From the IMG/VR virus record IMGVR_UViG_3300029915_000003: a stretch of 64,000 bases of DNA; one strand, 5' to 3'. Source of the DNA: a virus. Below are positions 1 through 9,915 of the stretch, one piece after another (within the stretch, counting starts at the first letter, position 1; each line of letters starts with the position of its first letter). Under the pieces are notes generated by a model that ran no database searches, was not told the origin of the DNA, and saw only the letters and a program-made list of their open reading frames with translations. A program made the translations under genes and the position numbers.

Positions 1-288
1 GTCTTTGGTTGGACCCTTTTCGGCTATTGTCTTGGATACACCCATAGACTTGAGAATTTCACACTCACGAGGGCGTAAATACGACTCCAAACCAAGTATT
101 GGGGTAATCTTAGCCTTTTTAGCTAAATCGTAAATCTTGCGAACGCCAGCAAGAGTTCCATGGTCCGTAGTAGTAATATAGCCAGTGTTCAGGTCCAATT
201 CTCTACGCAAAAAAGATTCTGGTGTTGAGCCAGAATCAAGAGAAAGGGTGTGACAATGTGGTGTAACTAGTGGATCGAAATCTTTCAT
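1..288 (-). CDS. dnaE: DNA polymerase III alpha-like (PHP domain), N-terminal part; runs off the window
   Basis: Not in the ORF track. Manual translation MKDFDPLVTPHCHTLSLDSGSTPE...ITTTDHGTLAG...ILGLESY shows the PHP HxH, TDHG and GxE motifs of DnaE. Confidence 0.85.
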   Translation of the reverse strand, partial: MKDFDPLVTPHCHTLSLDSGSTPESFLRRELDLNTGYITTTDHGTLAGVRKIYDLAKKAKITPILGLESYLRPRECEILKSMGVSKTIAEKGPTKD

Positions 289-297
289 TGGTTAATC

Positions 298-326
298 AAT
301 GTAGCACAACGACCAACACTAGTCAA
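298..326 (-). promoter_or_regulatory. sigma70-type promoter for dnaE
   Basis: TTGACT-N17-TACATT with an extended TG, just upstream of the ATG at 288. Confidence 0.6.
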
Positions 327-761
327 CTAACCATTGAGGAATCTTAAGAATCCATGCAAAAAATCACTAATTCTATTGAATTCCAAAGAAACCAAAAACC
401 ACAAAGGAAAATAATGCCAATTAATCATACCTAGTATGCTTCCAGAACCTTTGTATTCCCAGGGGTTTCTATCTGTGAATCTTTTATAAATAAAAGCCCA
501 TATGAATTCAGAACTGTATATAACTAAAACATACAATATGGAGGTCAAAAACCAACCACAATGCATATTCACCTTAAGACACTCTAAGGCCATACCAGCT
601 GTACTATATACAGGTATTACGCTAAGATGACTGTACGTTACAAAGTGTACATCTCTATGTTTTATATAGGATTTTAGACCGGTAAATAGGTTTTCAAGTA
701 ATAAACCTACAACCCCTATGGCCAGAGCGTGTTGTAGCCATAGAAGTTGCATAGGAATCAC
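327..761 (-). CDS. membrane protein, putative ABC-transporter type IV (CmpB-like) permease family
   Basis: Several hydrophobic helices; P-V-Y, E-F-x-W and PWEY...G.I...YFPLW pattern. Confidence 0.55.
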   Translation of the reverse strand: MIPMQLLWLQHALAIGVVGLLLENLFTGLKSYIKHRDVHFVTYSHLSVIPVYSTAGMALECLKVNMHCGWFLTSILYVLVIYSSEFIWAFIYKRFTDRNPWEYKGSGSILGMINWHYFPLWFLVSLEFNRISDFLHGFLRFLNG

Positions 762-778
762 CCTATGTTTAAATATTA

Positions 779-1126
779 CTAGAGATTTTTATGCAAATGA
801 GGTAATGAAAGTAAAATAGTATTAAATAGTTTATCTATAGTGGGATCCCAAGACTTTTCTACACTATTTTCCATGATTATTTGCTGTAGATAGGCTAGAA
901 GGTCCAAAGCCTCCATTAAGGCATCAGCTCTGGCGTTACGACCATTAAAGGGCATCAAAGGAACACCATACCTTTTAATTCCAACCTCATTACGCTCTAC
1001 CATTAAATCTATAATAGATTCTGGAAGATCTACATTTCGGGCCTTTTCAAGAACCTCATGCCAACAACTATTAAAATCAGCAGACTTATTGACTGGTTCT
1101 GGTTGGTCCAGACTATAAGCTTCCAC
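779..1126 (-). CDS. conserved phage protein, possibly MazG-like nucleotide pyrophosphatase fold
   Basis: G-x-x-RYG-x-x-L...EALD-x-x-x-Y motif. Confidence 0.45.
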   Translation of the reverse strand: MEAYSLDQPEPVNKSADFNSCWHEVLEKARNVDLPESIIDLMVERNEVGIKRYGVPLMPFNGRNARADALMEALDLLAYLQQIIMENSVEKSWDPTIDKLFNTILLSLPHLHKNL

Positions 1127-1428
1127 TAAATAACTCCTAGGATTACCCTGAGTTTACTTACTATGTCTGAATATAATTCATCCAGGTCTTCAGTGGAAAT
1201 AAGAAGACTTTGAGCTATAGTGTGATCTGGTATTGGACCATCAAAACGTTCAATCATCTTATCCAAAGAATAACCATAACGTTTGCAGTACACGTAATCA
1301 GGATCGGTATGTATTTTTTCTCTTATCTCTTTAGGGTTTAAGGACACTAGGGACTCGAAACTGTAAAATCTTTGCGGTTGCGGGAGGAGGTTTGGACTTA
1401 TTGATGCGTTCAAGTGTTTTAAGTTCAT
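1126..1428 (-). CDS. hypothetical protein, possible C-terminal HTH
   Basis: ORF within the operon; DHTIAQSLLIS-type helix pair. Confidence 0.45.
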   Translation of the reverse strand: MNLKHLNASISPNLLPQPQRFYSFESLVSLNPKEIREKIHTDPDYVYCKRYGYSLDKMIERFDGPIPDHTIAQSLLISTEDLDELYSDIVSKLRVILGVI

Positions 1429-1717
1429 CCTCTATTTTCTTCTTTTGATTATTAGCCTGTTGACAATCTTGTTTGGTTTTAGCTAGGCATTCCTTGATTT
1501 TAATAATATCTTCCTTGGTCTTTAAGTACTCAAACATCTTGACTATCTTGGCGTCTTTCATGTTCCGATGGTGTTTTGTTAGCTTTTTCAGCTCAGAAAC
1601 CAATTCAACTGAAAAAACAGACATTTTGGTTATAATGTCATTTACACCGCTAAGTTTGATATTTACGTCAAGTATATCTGAATCAATCTGTCCCATACCA
1701 TTAATATTGGCAGTCAT
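1331..1717 (-). CDS. hypothetical coiled-coil protein
   Basis: Abuts the upstream gene; heptad-rich. Confidence 0.55.
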   Translation of the reverse strand: MTANINGMGQIDSDILDVNIKLSGVNDIITKMSVFSVELVSELKKLTKHHRNMKDAKIVKMFEYLKTKEDIIKIKECLAKTKQDCQQANNQKKKIEDELKTLERINKSKPPPATAKILQFRVPSVLKP

Positions 1718-2971
1718 CTAAGCTGGGAAACCGGGCCAAGCAGGTATAATGGAGTCCAAAGTAGTATCACGGTCTGTTTCTTCAGATACTTCAATAAACC
1801 TATAGTCGCCAAAGGGATGATCTGGGACTGATTCCCATAGAGTTTGACCATTGGCCATATCCATAGAACCTATAGATTGGGAGTAAGGATCCGGAGGAAT
1901 AAGGGCTCCGTTTGTAATAATTACCTTGTGGGGTAGTCTTACTACCGAAGCTGTATGTACGTGCCCTACGGCAAACATATCATAAGACACACCCAACGGC
2001 TTAGCGGCATTTATCTTATTTGTTTGATTTTCCAATGATTTAATGTTGATATTACTGGAAGGGAACCCTACATTGAGGACAGTATCACCGTGAGTTAAAA
2101 ACAAATGAGAATTATGAATAGGTACATCTACGTATGGAGTTAGGGGTATATGGAACCTAACATTTGACAATCCAATCGTAGCCCTATAAACTCCATAGTA
2201 TATATCCATTTCATTGGAATCCCACTTTTGGTCTACGCCCCGGTCTTTGTGACGGGACTTATCTCTTCCGTGGTTACCAGTGGTACAATAGACATCAACC
2301 AATGGAAATTCCTTGCTAAATATCTTAACGGCTTTTTCTATTAGCCACATAGCCCTAGCAACCTGTTCTCTAACAGGAGCGCCCTGGCGAGGATCGTGTA
2401 GGCATCCTTGAATTATATCCCCTCCAAGCAATAAGTTTAACTTGGTTTCTTTTCGATATTGGGGCTTATAATTAACCGTCTCTAATATAACCTTTGAAAA
2501 CCTACGAGCCTCTTCAGTCTTGCCATAAGGCAGGGGACATTCTGCTCCATTTAGGTCTGAACCGAAGTGGGTGTCAGATATAAACAGAGTAACCTCCCTG
2601 GTGGTCTTTACGTTGACCTTTTTGATATTAGGAGGGGTCCATTTATAATTTGAAAACCCCTTATCGATATAATTACAAAGATCTTCCCCTACTACTTGTC
2701 GGAAAATAGCCTCCTCTTTGGTCTTTTTGACTGTTTTTGCGGTTGTCTTGTCCCGTTTGGACTCTATGTCTGATTCGGTAATAGGAGTAAAAAGGGTATT
2801 TCTAAATTCATTGAACTTTTTGGAACCCAACTTGGACCAATATTCAATCAATGAATGATTATAACCGGTTTCGTTTTCCAGAATGTCTTTAAATTCCTTT
2901 AAAGTAATCCTGGATGGCTCTGTCGAATGAGCCAATATCAGTTTTTCTGTTATTTTACGGGGTTGAGACAT
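1718..2971 (-). CDS. calcineurin-like metallophosphoesterase
   Basis: SDTH, GGD, GNHGR, THGD and GHVH motifs. Confidence 0.85.
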   Translation of the reverse strand: MSQPRKITEKLILAHSTEPSRITLKEFKDILENETGYNHSLIEYWSKLGSKKFNEFRNTLFTPITESDIESKRDKTTAKTVKKTKEEAIFRQVVGEDLCNYIDKGFSNYKWTPPNIKKVNVKTTREVTLFISDTHFGSDLNGAECPLPYGKTEEARRFSKVILETVNYKPQYRKETKLNLLLGGDIIQGCLHDPRQGAPVREQVARAMWLIEKAVKIFSKEFPLVDVYCTTGNHGRDKSRHKDRGVDQKWDSNEMDIYYGVYRATIGLSNVRFHIPLTPYVDVPIHNSHLFLTHGDTVLNVGFPSSNINIKSLENQTNKINAAKPLGVSYDMFAVGHVHTASVVRLPHKVIITNGALIPPDPYSQSIGSMDMANGQTLWESVPDHPFGDYRFIEVSEETDRDTTLDSIIPAWPGFPA

Positions 2972-3579
2972 TAAGCTACCGCCTGGGTTGATTCCTTACT
3001 GGCAGCAGCCTTCTGTAGAGCCTCTTGATCTACATCCCAAAGCTCTAGAACCTCGGTACGGACGCCCGGTTGAACACTGAAGGTGTCTCCAACCTTCTTT
3101 CCAGCAACGAGAGCCTTGTATTCGTCCTTAAAGTCTACAAACTTAGTTAGGGCAAAGCCAGGACCGATTACTTTCTCGGGTGTCGTCTCGGTAGCCTCAG
3201 CAACGTCTCGAGTGACAAGAAATGTTAATTCTGACACGCTCTCGGCAGTACGAACCAGCCCCTGAGTCTTCCAACCCTCTAGCATGGCTTTTTGATTGTC
3301 AGCTTCAGTTTTAGCCTTGACTTCCCGATTTTCCTTAATACGATTGGAAATCAGATCGGCAATGTCACTTTTTAGAGTTGTACCGATAACTTCTACCATT
3401 GCTGTAATAATTTCAGATTGAAGACCAATGGCTTCTTTGTGATTCTTACTCATCTTATTGAAGCCAGCTTGTGTTTGCTCTAATAGATTGACAACATCTT
3501 TTTGGACGCCCTCTAATTGTTGCTCTAGAGCTAGTTGCTTTGTTTTCATACCGCTGAAGGGGATTTTAGGTGAAGACAT
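2971..3579 (-). CDS. hypothetical protein
   Basis: 202-aa ORF with coupled start/stop. Confidence 0.65.
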   Translation of the reverse strand: MSSPKIPFSGMKTKQLALEQQLEGVQKDVVNLLEQTQAGFNKMSKNHKEAIGLQSEIITAMVEVIGTTLKSDIADLISNRIKENREVKAKTEADNQKAMLEGWKTQGLVRTAESVSELTFLVTRDVAEATETTPEKVIGPGFALTKFVDFKDEYKALVAGKKVGDTFSVQPGVRTEVLELWDVDQEALQKAAASKESTQAVA

Positions 3580-3603
3580 TTTATTGGATTCCTTTGTTTT
3601 GGT

Positions 3604-4560
3604 TTATTCTTCTACTACATTACGAGTCATTCCACGTTGGACTAATCCAGCAACGCTACTTTCAGCCACTCCAGAACGAAGACCTGGAACCGCTGACACA
3701 TTTAAAGCAGCTATTCTTTGATTGTATTGAGTTTGAGCATGAGCACTTGCGTTTAAATTAGTTTCCCATTCCTGTTTCGAAGGGGCTGGTTTCATTTGAG
3801 AGGTGTCGGTGGGGTATACTTGACCACTCTTGGTTACTTCTACTTCTTTTTCATACACTTCATTAGTTTCTATATTATGGACTAAAGCCTTCCTGGTTTC
3901 AACTGTTTTTTTAAACTTGGCTTTAGGTGTTTTAACCTTAACGGGCTCAACAGGAGGATTTTTTGATTTCTTTTCCTTGACCATTTGAAGACCAGACTTA
4001 GTTTTTACCAAAATACGAGGAGGTTTAGTCTCCACCGATGGTGTTGGGGGAGGCAGGGTCTCTGGTTCTTTGACTGTGGGCTTCTTGGCTTTTGGTTTCT
4101 TAGGAGCGTCAGGAGGCTTGGGGGACATTTCGGGCTTCGGGGGTAGGCTTTGAGCCATGCTACTGGCGAACTGCACTATATTGGGCTCTGGAGGCTTAAT
4201 TTCAGACATTGGAGAGGGGCTGGAACCCATGATCTTGGCGGCTAGGATCTTTAAAGCTAAAATCTCTTCCCTGGTAAGGCCACTATTGGTATCTTGCTGT
4301 TTTAGACCAAACAGACTTTCTATTTCTGATTTGGCAAAATTCTTAAGTTTGTCAGATATGTAAACGGTAATACGATTTTGCTCTTCAAATAATACAGTGT
4401 TGATAAACTCTTGTAAATACTTGATAATTTCTACTCTAGATTCTATTTCGGCAGCAAAATTTGTAGTTGTAGCATGAACAGGGACAACACCCCTAACCTG
4501 TGGCTTAATAGGTTGGGGTGTCTCCTCTTCTATTTCTGTGTCAAAAGCTGATTCGTTCAT
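3604..4560 (-). CDS. hypothetical protein with Pro/Lys-rich disordered region
   Basis: 318-aa ORF in the operon. Confidence 0.65.
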   Translation of the reverse strand: MNESAFDTEIEEETPQPIKPQVRGVVPVHATTTNFAAEIESRVEIIKYLQEFINTVLFEEQNRITVYISDKLKNFAKSEIESLFGLKQQDTNSGLTREEILALKILAAKIMGSSPSPMSEIKPPEPNIVQFASSMAQSLPPKPEMSPKPPDAPKKPKAKKPTVKEPETLPPPTPSVETKPPRILVKTKSGLQMVKEKKSKNPPVEPVKVKTPKAKFKKTVETRKALVHNIETNEVYEKEVEVTKSGQVYPTDTSQMKPAPSKQEWETNLNASAHAQTQYNQRIAALNVSAVPGLRSGVAESSVAGLVQRGMTRNVVEE

Positions 4561-4580
4561 CTAAATATACCCTATCAGAC

Positions 4581-5228
4581 TTACTTCTTAAAGTCAACAT
4601 CTATTACCACGGGAGCATGGATAGGTCGGTAATACTCGTCTACGGAAGACACATTGTAATAGGAGATCCCGTTTTGGTCTGTACTTCCACGACCCTCATG
4701 GATGTGACCAAAAACTACAACTTTTGGCTTAACCTCTTGTATTTTATAAAGCAAAGCCAAAGATCCTACACTTAAGCCACCATCACGTCCAACATAATCT
4801 AAAATACCATACGGCGGACCGTGACTAATTACAAGGTCGGTATCTGCACTCATCGCTTCAAAATGTTTTGTAAGTTGAGTATCTGTACCCATAAAAGTCC
4901 AATTATAGAAATTGGGAGTATACGGAGTACCAAATATTTTAACACCATTTATTTCTATATTTTCATTAATTAGCAATTTAATACCAGCATCATTAAATTG
5001 TACTTTAGTCAAATCAGGAGCAGACTCAACAAATCTATCGTGATTACCAGGAACACAAACTACACCATAGGTATAGTTTTGTTTTACAGAAGACATCCAC
5101 TTTATAAAATAAAAAGTCTCTACATATGCTCCCCCTCCAGACCAATCCCCACAATGAACCAAAAGATCTCCATGGGGTAGATCTTTGAGTTCATAGCCAT
5201 GGGTATCACTTATTAATACTATTTTCAT
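4581..5228 (-). CDS. metallophosphoesterase (MPPED/239FB-like)
   Basis: Start trimmed to MKIVLISDTHG; HCGD, GNHD, SHGPP and FGHIHE motifs. Confidence 0.85.
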   Translation of the reverse strand: MKIVLISDTHGYELKDLPHGDLLVHCGDWSGGGAYVETFYFIKWMSSVKQNYTYGVVCVPGNHDRFVESAPDLTKVQFNDAGIKLLINENIEINGVKIFGTPYTPNFYNWTFMGTDTQLTKHFEAMSADTDLVISHGPPYGILDYVGRDGGLSVGSLALLYKIQEVKPKVVVFGHIHEGRGSTDQNGISYYNVSSVDEYYRPIHAPVVIDVDFKK

Positions 5229-5230
5229 TT

Positions 5231-8173
5231 TTAGGTCCTTACGACTTCGCAAGCACCACCACCACATGCGACAGAGCCAGAGAAATCGGTATTGTTGTCC
5301 TCTTCTTTTACTTCTCTTAAATCTATTGACTTGACTAAAGAACTTAAAGTATTAAATGTATCTTCCGTGCAATCCTCAAAAGGCATTTGAACATAAGAAG
5401 AATTGTCGTAAGGAAGTAGGGAGATGCCAGCGTAATGATTACGATTATCCCACATATACTTACATACACCATCCCACTCTTCTTCCTTAACAGATACCGT
5501 ACACGATACGTTGTGTTTATCAACTCCAGACACATGTCCTGCTGCCACCCAATACTTATTGTAAGCAATTGCTCGTTCCAGCAAATCCAGAGCAGACTCT
5601 TTCTCCCTTACAATAGCGTTACTTGGAGACATTTGAGGTATAGTAACTACGGTAGTATTTACCTCATTTTTTGCATCTTCACAAAGATCAGGAATAACCA
5701 TTTGTAAATATTTTGTTAGAGCGTCGTCCTTTACCATCCTGATCCTGCGTAGGTAATAGGGTGAGTGGCGTGCATGGATTCCACTAGAACTACCCACAAC
5801 GCAAGAACTAGAACCCTCCGGCTTGATTGTGGTGGTCCTGGCGGCTGGACGTATACCAATAGCCTTGGCAATAGATTGATTGGTCTCCAACACCAGCTTG
5901 GCTCCTTCTTCTAGCCATTCATTTGTTACTATTCCATTGGCATCAGCAACTCCTGTTAATGAAACACCAATTAAGGCTTCATAATCTGTAATCTGCTTCC
6001 AAGCTTGACGTAGGTATGGGAAATCAGTATATGAAGCTTGCAATGTTCCAATAATAGAAGCTGCCTTAACCCTATTAAGAAAATCTTGTTTGGTTTTAAT
6101 ACCAGTTTGATTTACTGAGGTGAGATTGCAAAATTGACCCCCAAAGACTTGACCTACATCGGGTATATTCATTGAAGCATTTAATGATATTTCATGGCAC
6201 TGTCCAATATGAATACCTATGCCAATCGATAGTGAATGACTGCCATCTACAGTACAACAGTAAACTTTTTCATCCACACCATCATCAACTATAGAGACTA
6301 TTTGATTATATTTATTTTTCAATGAATAGGTCGTGGTTTTATTAGAAAAAGAAATAAGTCTCTCGAATTTAACCTGTTTGGCCAAACAAATAGAAGAACT
6401 TTGACTGATAGTTAAACGATAAGCGTCTTTAGAATCATACGCTCCATATCCATCGTTAAAGTCTACTTTACATGCTTTTTTGGTTAACTTCAACTTACTT
6501 CTAACACCAATAGTCTTAAGAAGTGTTTGAAAATCAGAAAGCCACTGCTTGTTTATTGAAGTGATTTGATACATAAATCCATTACGAGTGTCACTTGAGG
6601 TTCCATCTGAATCCATGACTCCTGCGATAAAATCTAATTTAGACTGAAGATCCCAGACGAATACTTCTTTAGGTAGGGAGTGTTTGTATATAGTTGCCCA
6701 GTTTATAAGATCTTCTCGTCTTGGAGAAAGTCCCCTCATCCTCTTTCTGTTTTCACCAGAAGCAACAAAGTCTAAAGTGGAGACCTCATTATTTGTTTTG
6801 TCAGTATTGATGCAATCCAGCTCATTTGCTGATTTTAACAAGCGATCCTCACATGCATACTTGGTATCATAAAGGTACAAAAGTGGTATAATACCATTAC
6901 TCGCAGATCCGTCTCCAACTAGGAAACCTTTTAAATAGGCGGCTCTGGTTTTAACATTTCCGTTATTTAAAATAACCGATGGCCATAACTTATTGCCAAC
7001 AACTAAATCTTTAGCCTCTAAACGATCGCCGTTTTCCAATATAAAAGAGTGATATGGAGTTGTACGAACAATTGAACCATCTTGTAGTTCAATCTTCAAC
7101 ATCTTTTGGTTTTCTCCAGTTACGCGGAAGTTATCAACTGACTGCCATTCGAAACCATTCCAGATATCTACTGTTTTACCTACCAAATCCTCAACCGGAA
7201 ATGTTCCCTGTTTGGTAACAATAAGAGTACCAGCACCAAAACATGGATTAAATCCAGTAACCAACGGATTACCAGACCACGAGAATCCAGGTTCACCAGA
7301 ACCTGATTTACGACAAATATCAAATATATGGTAAAACTCATCCTTGGTAACTTCACCTCTAGGAAGGACGGCGCTGTTATTTGCACGGGCGCGATATGGG
7401 TGTTTCTCCCACCAGTTACCTGATTTAGACTTAAGCATCTCTTCATCGTCACGACTGAATAAACAAATTAACGCGGCGCGTCTAATTCCCCCAGCAAGAA
7501 CACAATCAGATCCAATACAAATAATATCGTGTACCTCTATTGGTTTAAGTTTACGACCAACAGCCGCTTTGAGTCTTATTTCAATTTCCTTCAAGGCATG
7601 CTTGAGTGGCTCTGGACCAGGAGCCTTTGCACCCGTAGTGACAAGAGGACTACCTTTTGCGCGAATCATACTAAAATCAAACTGAGGTTTTACTTTACGA
7701 TAAAAGTAAGCATCCATCAAAGCATCAAGGGCCTGAGCCCATCCCTCTATTGAGTCGTGAACTGTAAAATATCCCTCATCCCGAGGAAGTTGGATTGTTG
7801 GTAGTTTAACTACATGTTCCTTTTGAACACTATATCCCACCCCAGTCCCAGAAAGCAGACAAAATAGAATTTCACCAAAAACTCTAGTATCATCTATGGC
7901 GGTAAAAGCACAATTAAACAGACGGAGGTTGTTCTTAAGTACACCTTGTCCCCCAAACTGCATCCCTCTCATAGACGTTAAGCACTCTTTGTCCAAAACA
8001 AATTCGAAGGCATTCATTATCTTCTTTGATAGTTTTGGGAACCTGTCCAAATGCATAACCATTGAACGATTAACAGTTTCCTCCCAAGTCTCTCTACGGG
8101 AAAGATGAGATAAATGCTTGGCGTATGTACGAAATGATACTATCTGGGATAGAAGTGCAGATGAATTGTCCAT
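5231..8173 (-). CDS. nrdJ: class II (B12-dependent) ribonucleotide reductase, intein-containing
   Basis: RETWEE, FNCAF, GGIRRAALI, NP-[intein]-CHEI, TTIKPEG and C-terminal ACGGGAC. Confidence 0.92.
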   Translation of the reverse strand: MDNSSALLSQIVSFRTYAKHLSHLSRRETWEETVNRSMVMHLDRFPKLSKKIMNAFEFVLDKECLTSMRGMQFGGQGVLKNNLRLFNCAFTAIDDTRVFGEILFCLLSGTGVGYSVQKEHVVKLPTIQLPRDEGYFTVHDSIEGWAQALDALMDAYFYRKVKPQFDFSMIRAKGSPLVTTGAKAPGPEPLKHALKEIEIRLKAAVGRKLKPIEVHDIICIGSDCVLAGGIRRAALICLFSRDDEEMLKSKSGNWWEKHPYRARANNSAVLPRGEVTKDEFYHIFDICRKSGSGEPGFSWSGNPLVTGFNPCFGAGTLIVTKQGTFPVEDLVGKTVDIWNGFEWQSVDNFRVTGENQKMLKIELQDGSIVRTTPYHSFILENGDRLEAKDLVVGNKLWPSVILNNGNVKTRAAYLKGFLVGDGSASNGIIPLLYLYDTKYACEDRLLKSANELDCINTDKTNNEVSTLDFVASGENRKRMRGLSPRREDLINWATIYKHSLPKEVFVWDLQSKLDFIAGVMDSDGTSSDTRNGFMYQITSINKQWLSDFQTLLKTIGVRSKLKLTKKACKVDFNDGYGAYDSKDAYRLTISQSSSICLAKQVKFERLISFSNKTTTYSLKNKYNQIVSIVDDGVDEKVYCCTVDGSHSLSIGIGIHIGQCHEISLNASMNIPDVGQVFGGQFCNLTSVNQTGIKTKQDFLNRVKAASIIGTLQASYTDFPYLRQAWKQITDYEALIGVSLTGVADANGIVTNEWLEEGAKLVLETNQSIAKAIGIRPAARTTTIKPEGSSSCVVGSSSGIHARHSPYYLRRIRMVKDDALTKYLQMVIPDLCEDAKNEVNTTVVTIPQMSPSNAIVREKESALDLLERAIAYNKYWVAAGHVSGVDKHNVSCTVSVKEEEWDGVCKYMWDNRNHYAGISLLPYDNSSYVQMPFEDCTEDTFNTLSSLVKSIDLREVKEEDNNTDFSGSVACGGGACEVVRT
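6200..7243 (-). mobile_element. intein (348 aa) with LAGLIDADG homing endonuclease in NrdJ
   Basis: Begins CFGAGTLI after NP; LKGFLVGDGS and FIAGVMDSDGT motifs; ends VYCCTV...GIHIGQ before the catalytic Cys. Confidence 0.9.
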
Positions 8174-8187
8174 TTTTTCCTTGTAAT

Positions 8188-8263
8188 TGGCAGAGGGGGT
8201 TGGGATCGAACCAACTATTTACGCTTTTGGAGAGCGTCGTCTTACCGTTAAGACTTCCCCTCT
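8188..8263 (-). tRNA. tRNA-Trp (CCA)
   Basis: Cloverleaf; anticodon arm ACGCT-CTCCAAA-AGCGT; GTTCGA T-loop; encoded CCA. Confidence 0.92.
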
Positions 8264-8284
8264 ATTTGTGAGTGAGTTTAGATA

Positions 8285-8313
8285 ACATTATCACTTCGAA
8301 GAGAGTCAGTCAA
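8285..8313 (-). promoter_or_regulatory. sigma70-type promoter for tRNA-Trp/nrdJ
   Basis: TTGACT-N17-TAATGT. Confidence 0.6.
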
Positions 8314-8317
8314 GCCA

Positions 8318-8938
8318 TTATTTTCCTTGATTTATTTTAGCACCTTTTAGATAAGAAAGGGCTTGAAGGATCGCATCTGCTTCGTCATCCTGAGTACGAC
8401 CCAAAGTTACACCAAATATCTTAAAAACTAAATCGACAGCAAGATGTTTCTTTGTAATCTTACCAGTAATACCTAGTTTCTTTTTATCTAAAGGCTTCCC
8501 ATCTCTTTTTGCTTGGGATTTAGCCCTGGAAAGAGTTTGGTTTTGCTTACGTTGCTCTTTCGTTAGGGAAAGTCCGACCACTTTACGCCATTCGCTTGTG
8601 TCAATATATTGGACTTTATCTATAATATCCACATCCCAAAGAGCGTACAACACAGAGTAATGGATGAAAGCGAGCAAAGTCTGAGAGTGTCTGTTCATCC
8701 CTCGGTTTAATTGCTCGATTACTATAATATCTGGATTACAGTCCGTAACTTTATCAAATATATCTGTAGCTAAATCAAATACCCTCACGATGTTGTTTTT
8801 AGGATATTTTAATGTTTTATCTAGTTCCGGGGCTTCTATACGACCATAATCAAGCAACTTAGGCCCTACTGGAGTATCTTCCAGTAAGGCCCAACCTGCG
8901 CTAAGTGACAAATCTAAAGAAAGTACCTTAGTCCCCAT
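8318..8938 (-). CDS. ruvC: RuvC-like Holliday junction resolvase
   Basis: LSLDLS..GWA, IVIEQ and DEADAI acidic motifs. Confidence 0.8.
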   Translation of the reverse strand: MGTKVLSLDLSLSAGWALLEDTPVGPKLLDYGRIEAPELDKTLKYPKNNIVRVFDLATDIFDKVTDCNPDIIVIEQLNRGMNRHSQTLLAFIHYSVLYALWDVDIIDKVQYIDTSEWRKVVGLSLTKEQRKQNQTLSRAKSQAKRDGKPLDKKKLGITGKITKKHLAVDLVFKIFGVTLGRTQDDEADAILQALSYLKGAKINQGK

Positions 8939-8940
8939 TT

Positions 8941-9354
8941 TTATCCGAATTTAGATTCTACTATATAATTAATTTTTTCCTTTATTTCTTTAATGGAATC
9001 GGTATAGGGACCTTTTAGATTTGAAAGGTCGGCTTCTGCATCGGCAAGAGCAACGTCGTTTGACATGGCATCTTGGTTGCTCCATTCCTCGCCTAGAATC
9101 TCCATCAGTTTGTCGGCCTTATTGTCATTACGAGCCTTCTGAGCAGCTAGTTTGTTTTGTTTGGTGACAAGCTTGTAAGGTCCAAATAGACGTTCTACCT
9201 CTAGACTGGCAGCTTGTAGTTCACAATCATTACGCATAGCGTCATGAACGCTGTTTAGTTCGATATAGAGACTAATGAGTTTCTTTTGCTTTTCAGCATC
9301 AGGCATTGAGTCTATGATTGTTTGAAACTCTTGGGATAGTTCAACTTTGGCCAT
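8941..9354 (-). CDS. hypothetical helical protein with internal duplication
   Basis: DAMxND...L.GPY occurs twice. Confidence 0.6.
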   Translation of the reverse strand: MAKVELSQEFQTIIDSMPDAEKQKKLISLYIELNSVHDAMRNDCELQAASLEVERLFGPYKLVTKQNKLAAQKARNDNKADKLMEILGEEWSNQDAMSNDVALADAEADLSNLKGPYTDSIKEIKEKINYIVESKFG

Positions 9355-9366
9355 TTTTAATACCTT

Positions 9367-9915
9367 TTAATTAAGGGTTACTTTTGAATCGTGGACGTTT
9401 TGGAAAAGTACTTCTAATTCTTTGATTTTACCATTAGTAAAAGCACACTTGGTGATACACAGCTTATGAGGGATGGTGTCATCTAAAGATGGGTCTTTTT
9501 CGGACTCTAGTTCAGATATTGATTTTAGCAATTTGTCCTTCAAAACAGACAGATTTGTAATCTTGTCTTGACAAATGGTGTAATCAATAGCCTCTAGCTT
9601 TATCTCGTTACTAATGATCTTGTCCGAAACATAGTCACGAGCTGACTTGGCGTCTTGTTCTGTTTCAAACACCCTCATTATACAAATATTCAAATAAGAA
9701 CCATCTGGTTTTTCTAAAGGAAGAAGCTCCACCATAGGTAGTTCGGAATAGCCCTTTTCGGGCTCATCTCCCTCCTTGTAAACTAAACCGACATACCAAA
9801 AATCATCTGGATGGCCAATTACTAGATTTTCATTATCCAATTTTACTTTTCCCACTTTCGTTATATACGGTAATTGTTTGGTTGAAACGATCTTGATATT
9901 CTGAATCGTGCTCAA
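9367..9915 (-). CDS. hypothetical protein
   Basis: ORF in the operon, overlapping the sbcC end. Confidence 0.55.
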   Translation of the reverse strand: MSTIQNIKIVSTKQLPYITKVGKVKLDNENLVIGHPDDFWYVGLVYKEGDEPEKGYSELPMVELLPLEKPDGSYLNICIMRVFETEQDAKSARDYVSDKIISNEIKLEAIDYTICQDKITNLSVLKDKLLKSISELESEKDPSLDDTIPHKLCITKCAFTNGKIKELEVLFQNVHDSKVTLN

